Shown: in pieces, positions 58,036-63,110 of the stretch
Numbering within the stretch: position 1 is the stretch's first letter
Layout of the letters: each line of letters starts with the position of its first letter
Assembly: GCA_022729995.1 (NCBI GenBank)
Contig: DZBS01000001.1
Coordinates: 46,930 to 110,039, forward strand
Reading direction: 5' to 3'
DNA length: 63,110 bases
Source: Draconibacterium orientale
Lineage (GTDB): Bacteria; Bacteroidota; Bacteroidia; Bacteroidales; JAADGE01
The notes under the pieces: model-generated
Database searches by the model: none
What the model was told of the DNA's origin: nothing
What the model saw: the letters and a program-made list of their open reading frames with translations, nothing else
Position numbers and translations under genes: made by a program

Positions 58036-59367
58036 TTAATTTCTTCTTGCTCTGATTAATTTTCCTACTTCAAATTTTCCAAGTCTGATATAATCGAGTA
58101 TAGCTCGTTCCGACGGGCATGTGTAACTGCATGAGCCGCATTCTATACAATCCATTATTTTTTCTTTCTCATTTCTTGCGTATTCTTTTTTTACTGCTAA
58201 AGTCATTAACAGAAAAGGTTCAAGACCCATCGGGCAAACTGAAACGCATTTTGAACATCTTATGCAAGGCTGTGTTTTTTTTCTTGCAGATTCTTCTTCT
58301 CCTATAACAAGAATTCCCGATGTTCCTTTTGTTATGGGAATATCTGTATTTAAAATTGCTTTTCCCATCATTGGACCGCCGTTAATTATTTTTCCGGTAT
58401 TTTCAGGAAGTCCGCCGGCTGCTTCAATAAGATTTGCAATTGGAGTTCCTATTCTTACTTTGAAATTTGACGGTTTTGACAAGAATTTTCCGGTAACAGT
58501 TACAATTCTTTCAAAAAGCGGTTTGTTTTTTTGAATTGCTTCATAAACGGCAAAAGCTGTTCCTACATTTTGAACTACAGTTTGAACGTCAATAGGTAAT
58601 CCGCCTGAAGGAACTTCTCTTTTTAAAACAGCTTTTATTAATTGTTTTTCTCCGCCTTGCGGATATTTTACTTTTAATGCTATAATTTCTATTCCTTCGT
58701 GTTTTGTTGATAATTCTGTTAAATAAGATATTGCATCTTTTTTATTATTTTCAATTCCGATAAATGCTTTTTCAACTTTAAGAGCTTTCATAAGAATTTT
58801 TGTTCCAATAAGTATTTCTTCGCCGTGTTCGAGCATAAGTCTGTGGTCGGATGTTAAAAAAGGTTCGCATTCAACACCGTTTATTAAAAGCACTTCGGCC
58901 GTTTTTCCTTTTGGAAGAGTTAGTTTTACTTGTGTCGGGAATGTTGCTCCGCCAAGTCCTACAATTCCGGATTCGGAAATTTTCTTTATTATTTCTTCTC
59001 CCGATAATTTTATTTCTGTAATAATTTCGGAACTTCTGTCAATTGTTTCAATCCATTCGTCGTTTTCTACGGCAATCAAAACTGCTTCTTTTTTGTATCC
59101 GCTTGTATCGCTAATACTTTCGATTTTTGTAATTTTTCCCGAAACGGGTGAATGTATGTTTGATGAAACAAAACCTCCGCTCACGGCAATAATTTGTCCA
59201 ACTTTAACTTGGTCGCCTTTGTTAACGATAACCTTCGCGGGAGCACCGATATGTTGTGAAATTGGCACTGAAATATTTGCCGGAATTTGCAATGTTTCAA
59301 TTTTTTTGTCTGCCGTAATTTTATTTTCCGGAGGATGAACTCCGCCTTTTGAAAATGTTTTTAACAT
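58036..59367 (-). CDS. rnfC: Rnf complex subunit C
   Basis: FSKGGVHPPENK, GLGGATFPT and two 4Fe-4S motifs (CIRCSKCVSVCP, CIECGSCSYTCP). Confidence 0.92.
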   Translation of the reverse strand: MLKTFSKGGVHPPENKITADKKIETLQIPANISVPISQHIGAPAKVIVNKGDQVKVGQIIAVSGGFVSSNIHSPVSGKITKIESISDTSGYKKEAVLIAVENDEWIETIDRSSEIITEIKLSGEEIIKKISESGIVGLGGATFPTQVKLTLPKGKTAEVLLINGVECEPFLTSDHRLMLEHGEEILIGTKILMKALKVEKAFIGIENNKKDAISYLTELSTKHEGIEIIALKVKYPQGGEKQLIKAVLKREVPSGGLPIDVQTVVQNVGTAFAVYEAIQKNKPLFERIVTVTGKFLSKPSNFKVRIGTPIANLIEAAGGLPENTGKIINGGPMMGKAILNTDIPITKGTSGILVIGEEESARKKTQPCIRCSKCVSVCPMGLEPFLLMTLAVKKEYARNEKEKIMDCIECGSCSYTCPSERAILDYIRLGKFEVGKLIRARRN

Positions 59368-59426
59368 ATTATTCTGTTTGAACTTTTGTTAATATTTTTA
59401 TATCCAAAATGGATTTATTTAGTATT

Positions 59427-60302
59427 TTACTGTTCCACACTTGTTTCTGCTTCCGATTTTTCTTTTGGAACTGAAATTTTTCTTGCAGGAAAATTTAATT
59501 CCAAAATTGAATTTGTCGGGCATTCAGTAACACATTTCCTGCATAATTTACAAGCAATCGGGTCGATATAAGCAAGGAAATTATTTATTACAATTGCATC
59601 GTGCGGACAAACTTTAACACATTTTCCGCAACCGATACAAGCTACCACGCATGCTTTTTTTGCAGGTGCTCCTTTGTCTTCATTCAAACACGAAACATAA
59701 ATTCTTTTCCCTTTTGGTCCGAGAGGTCGTAATTCGAGAAGATTTTTTGGACAAACTTCTACGCATTTGTTGCATGCAGTGCATTTATCGTCGATAATTT
59801 CCGGAAGCAATGTTACAGGATTCATAAATATTGCTTCAAAATTGCAAACTTCAACACATTCACCGAGTCCCAAACATCCGTATTGACAATCGGTGTCGCC
59901 GGAATAAAGATTTGAAATAATTGTACAGTTTTGTGCTCCGTCGTAAATGTTTGTTCGGTTCCTGTTTGCAGGCGAACCGTTGCATCTTAATACAGCAATT
60001 TTTTTAACTTTTTCTGTAGAAGTTCTGCCAAGAATTTCGGCAACTTTTTTCATTGTTTCGTTTCCCCCAACCGGACAAAAAAGTTTGTCGAGACTTTCGG
60101 AGTTTACGCAAGCTTCGGCAAAATTTCTACATCCTGCATAACCGCAACCGCCGCAATTTGATGCAGGTAAAGATTCTTCAACTTGGTCTATTCGCGGGTC
60201 TTCGAATACTTTAAATTTTTGTGATGCCCAATAAAGAATTATTGCGGAAACAATTCCCACCGAGCTTATTGTAATTATTGTTGCTGTTACTATTTCGTTC
60301 AT
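59427..60302 (-). CDS. rnfB: Rnf complex subunit B (polyferredoxin)
   Basis: N-terminal TM helix, CGGCGYAGC, and several CxxCxxCxxxCP clusters. Confidence 0.9.
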   Translation of the reverse strand: MNEIVTATIITISSVGIVSAIILYWASQKFKVFEDPRIDQVEESLPASNCGGCGYAGCRNFAEACVNSESLDKLFCPVGGNETMKKVAEILGRTSTEKVKKIAVLRCNGSPANRNRTNIYDGAQNCTIISNLYSGDTDCQYGCLGLGECVEVCNFEAIFMNPVTLLPEIIDDKCTACNKCVEVCPKNLLELRPLGPKGKRIYVSCLNEDKGAPAKKACVVACIGCGKCVKVCPHDAIVINNFLAYIDPIACKLCRKCVTECPTNSILELNFPARKISVPKEKSEAETSVEQ

Positions 60303-60346
60303 ATATTTTTTCTTTTTTTAAAGATAAAACATCTATTTTTTGAATT

Positions 60347-60772
60347 TTAAAATCTTTTTTTTACCGAAAATGCAAATGTTTTTTTTATTTTATCTCTTTT
60401 CATATATAAGATTAAATAATAAGGAATTAATATTCCTAAAGAAATTAAACCCGAAATTAATTCATTTTTTGTGATTGAAATTAATGTTATAAGCGTAAAA
60501 ATTACAAATAAGAAGGGCAATAAATATCCTAATAATAATGCTCTAAAACCCAATGATTGGCTATAAAAAACATCTACTTCTTCATTAATAATATAATCCG
60601 AGTAGTTTTCGGTATTGATTTCTATAATTTTTTCTTCGACATCGGAAATATTGCATGCACTTTTTAGAGTGCAAGATAAACAAGCAGCTTTTGAAATAAT
60701 GCTGACAAAAATCCTGTTTTCATGTATTTCTTTTATAAATCCTTGATGTTCTATTTGATTTGACTCATACAT
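60347..60772 (-). CDS. RseC/MucC (SoxR-reducing system) family protein, first gene of the rnf operon
   Basis: 141 aa with an N-terminal Cys motif (AACLSCTLKSAC) followed by two TM helices. Its position upstream of rnfB is as in other Bacteroidales. Confidence 0.7.
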   Translation of the reverse strand: MYESNQIEHQGFIKEIHENRIFVSIISKAACLSCTLKSACNISDVEEKIIEINTENYSDYIINEEVDVFYSQSLGFRALLLGYLLPFLFVIFTLITLISITKNELISGLISLGILIPYYLILYMKRDKIKKTFAFSVKKRF

Positions 60773-60948
60773 TGGTCGGTAATTTTGAGATGCAAATTAA
60801 GTTAATGCGAATTATATTATTTATGTTTTTAAGCAGTTAAAACTTATTTGTATTGATTTTAAATAGATTTTTTTTTAATACAAACCAATTTGCAAATATT
60901 TTTTTTAACTAAATTTGTAATTATAATGTTAAACACATTCATAATACT

Positions 60949-61485
60949 ATGATAAGAAAAGAGATAATAATTCCGGTTGCAATAATATTGCTTACTGTAA
61001 TTTTTGCATCTGTTTCTGCTTTTGTTTTTTTTTCAAAAGGGAAATCGAAGTTTTGGGTTTCACAAAAAATGAAAATAGGAGCAGTTCTGTTAACATTATG
61101 CGTAATAACAGTTCAACCTTCGTGTAAACAGCAAGTTACTTGCTATGATGTTGCAAGAACAAATAATTTTGTTGTAGAAACAGATTCCGCAGGAAAAATA
61201 AATTTGGATATTTCTGAAAACAATAAAATTACCGGAAAGATTTATTTAAGAGATGTTTCCAATTATTCTTTTAAAATTGCAAACACAGGTTCAATCGAAA
61301 AAAATTTATTTAAAGGTGCTGTAATGCCTTCCGACGGTGTTTTTAATTCTACTCAAGAAAACTTTTTCGTTGAAATTGATAAATCAATAAAACCGGGTGA
61401 ATACAGTATTTCATTTTTTCCTGTAAGTATTGAATTACAAGGAGAATACGGCAATTGGGATTCATTTATTTTGAATATTAAATAA
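60949..61485 (+). CDS. 178-aa membrane-anchored/lipoprotein-like protein, tandem paralogue 1 (radical-SAM-associated)
   Basis: N-terminal TM helix, then a second signal-like segment that ends in VQPSC. A conserved VTCYD follows, and the rest is a beta-rich domain. Confidence 0.65.
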   Translation: MIRKEIIIPVAIILLTVIFASVSAFVFFSKGKSKFWVSQKMKIGAVLLTLCVITVQPSCKQQVTCYDVARTNNFVVETDSAGKINLDISENNKITGKIYLRDVSNYSFKIANTGSIEKNLFKGAVMPSDGVFNSTQENFFVEIDKSIKPGEYSISFFPVSIELQGEYGNWDSFILNIK

Positions 61486-61641
61486 ACAGTAGAAATTGTA
61501 TTTATTAAATTGAATAGCTTTTTTCCAAAAATTTAAAATTAAAATTAAAATTAAAATAATTTTTTACTTACAATCGTTTATTAAAAAAGATATATTTGAA
61601 TTAAATTTGGAAAATAAACTTTAGTAACAAAATTAAAATTA

Positions 61642-62178
61642 ATGATAAGAAAAGAAATATTAATTCCTGTTGCAATTATTTCGCTTACAGTTGTTTTTGC
61701 GTCAGTTTCCGTTTTTGTATTTTTCTCAAAAGGAAAATCAAAATTTTGGATTTCTAAAAAAATAAAAATCGGTGCGGTGTTGTTAACTTTAAGTGCAATT
61801 AGTGTTCAACCTTCTTGCCGACCTTTTGTTACTTGTTATGATCCTGTAATGCCCAATCAATTTGTGTTGGATAACGACTCGTTAAATAATATTAACCTTG
61901 ATATTTCCGAAACCAATAAATTAACCGGAATTATTTATAGCAGAGAAGGAACCGAATTTTCTTATAACATTTCCGATACAAGTTCAACTGCAAATGTATT
62001 GTTTAAAGGTGAAGTTTTCCCGACCGACGGAGTTTTTGATTCTTCGCAAGAAAACTTCTTTGTTGAAATTGACACTTCAATTAATCCGGGTCAATATCGA
62101 ATTTCTTTTTTCAATAAAAGTGTTGAACTTCAAGATGAATACAGCGGTTGGGGAATTTATCTCTTGAATATTAAATAA
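61642..62178 (+). CDS. 178-aa membrane-anchored/lipoprotein-like protein, tandem paralogue 2
   Basis: Same length as paralogue 1. The first 67 residues are about 80% identical (13 differences counted), and overall identity is about 55-60% by eye. Confidence 0.65.
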   Translation: MIRKEILIPVAIISLTVVFASVSVFVFFSKGKSKFWISKKIKIGAVLLTLSAISVQPSCRPFVTCYDPVMPNQFVLDNDSLNNINLDISETNKLTGIIYSREGTEFSYNISDTSSTANVLFKGEVFPTDGVFDSSQENFFVEIDTSINPGQYRISFFNKSVELQDEYSGWGIYLLNIK

Positions 62179-62179
62179 A

Positions 62180-63110
62180 TTGAAAAAGTTAAAACTACCT
62201 CATATTTCAATCGAGCTTACTTCTGTATGTAATTTAAACTGCAGATATTGCTACAATTATTGGAAATCACCTTTTTATCAAGAAAAAAAAGTTTTTAATT
62301 CTTATAAAAAAGCTAAATCAACCCTAAAACAACTTTTTAAAATTGCCGACGTTGAATTTGTTACTTTTACAGGCGGCGAACCGTTTCTTTCCGAGCGATT
62401 TGCCGAAATTGTTTTGTTAACTCGTCTTAAAAATAAATCGGTTACAATTATTACAAACGGAAATTCCGCATCAAATGCCGATTACGATTTAATGAAAAAA
62501 TTTGGAGTCGGATTGTTTGAATTGCCTTTGCATTCCGCCAAGCCTGAAATCCACGATTTTCTTACAGAAATTAATGGTTCGTGGCAAAAATCGCTTAATT
62601 CTATAAAATATTTATTGTCGATAAATGTTGATGTTGTTGCAGTTATTGTTATTACAAAACAAAATTATAGAGAAATTGGAGAAACTTTAAAATTTATTAA
62701 ATCGTTGGGAATTAATCGTATAATGTTAAATCGTTTTAATATCGGAGGAAAAGGAATTTCTGAAAATGATAATTTGGAATTAACAAAAGAAGAAATTAAT
62801 TTTTGTTTTAAAGAAGCTTCAAAAATAGGGAAGGAGTTGAAACTTTCGTTAAGTTCAAATGTTTGCAGTCCTTTGTGTATCGTAAATCCGAAGGAATATA
62901 CAAATATATATTTTACAAAATGCTCGCCCGAAGTTGAAAAACGACCTTTAACAATTGATATTGACGGGAATTTACGATTTTGCAACCATTCTCCTACAGT
63001 TTTGGGAAATATTTTTACCGATAAATTGAATGAAATGTTTGAATCGGAAAATGCAAAACAATGGAAAAATGTTGTTCCGGATTATTGCAGTTCTTGCGAT
63101 TTGTTTTCAA
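62180..63110 (+). CDS. Radical SAM/SPASM-domain protein (3' end truncated by the window edge)
   Basis: Not in the ORF track. The frame is open from TTG 62180 to the window end (LKKLKLPHISIELTSVCNLNCRYCYNYW...). Motifs are CX3CX2C at residues 17-24, TFTGGEPFL, and C-terminal Cys motifs (CSPLC, KCSP, DGNLRFCNHSP, DYCSSCD) typical of a SPASM/twitch auxiliary cluster domain. Confidence 0.85.
   Translation, partial: MKKLKLPHISIELTSVCNLNCRYCYNYWKSPFYQEKKVFNSYKKAKSTLKQLFKIADVEFVTFTGGEPFLSERFAEIVLLTRLKNKSVTIITNGNSASNADYDLMKKFGVGLFELPLHSAKPEIHDFLTEINGSWQKSLNSIKYLLSINVDVVAVIVITKQNYREIGETLKFIKSLGINRIMLNRFNIGGKGISENDNLELTKEEINFCFKEASKIGKELKLSLSSNVCSPLCIVNPKEYTNIYFTKCSPEVEKRPLTIDIDGNLRFCNHSPTVLGNIFTDKLNEMFESENAKQWKNVVPDYCSSCDLFS

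Noticed and set aside
1-63110. Mobile elements, prophage, defence islands, and tRNA or rRNA genes
   Set aside because: No transposase, integrase, phage structural, restriction-modification or Cas-like translation was recognised in any listed ORF. No spacer other than 10.9 kb has the GC enrichment expected of structural RNAs. This absence is judged by eye only and should be confirmed with tRNAscan-SE, Infernal and defence-system HMMs.

Overview
The window is an AT-rich chromosomal segment (about 30% GC by eye) with a Bacteroidota gene repertoire. Supporting genes are gldD/gldE, a T9SS-tailed cargo protein, the purH-mreB-mreC neighbourhood and TAnnTTTG-type promoters. The organism is probably an anaerobe, because it carries both a complete Na+-NQR operon (nqrABCDEF, 14.0-20.2 kb, + strand) and a complete rseC-rnfBCDGEA operon (55.1-60.8 kb, - strand). 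Housekeeping genes are accC, fsa/tal, tex, alaS, purH, mreBC, ssb, gpsA, a pnuC/nadR-like NR salvage pair and an RluA-family synthase. No rRNA, tRNA, CRISPR array, transposase, integrase or recognisable defence system was seen. Items that go beyond routine annotation: (1) A recurring element of about 80 nt has four collinear copies. It reads either as a 25-26 aa Cys-containing micro-ORF (MKHPC...GCSYLT) or as a conserved hairpin. It sits 9-13 nt upstream of unrelated genes, and one copy splits nqrA from nqrB. (2) A GC-rich hairpin RNA of about 100 nt with SRP/4.5S-like loop motifs has its own promoter and U-tract terminator. (3) A radical SAM/SPASM gene is missing from the ORF track because it runs off the window end. 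It is translationally abutted to two tandem 178-aa lipoprotein-like paralogues. (4) There are several unusual short-period tandem repeat arrays in 3' intergenic regions (8-bp x15, and 14-bp arrays in inverted orientation). (5) A same-strand block of about 10 kb encodes envelope sensors (OmpA/PD40, a 733-aa unknown, Y_Y_Y-PP2C, TPR-histidine kinase) with no cognate partner genes nearby. All functional calls come from motif recognition in the supplied translations. No database search was run.
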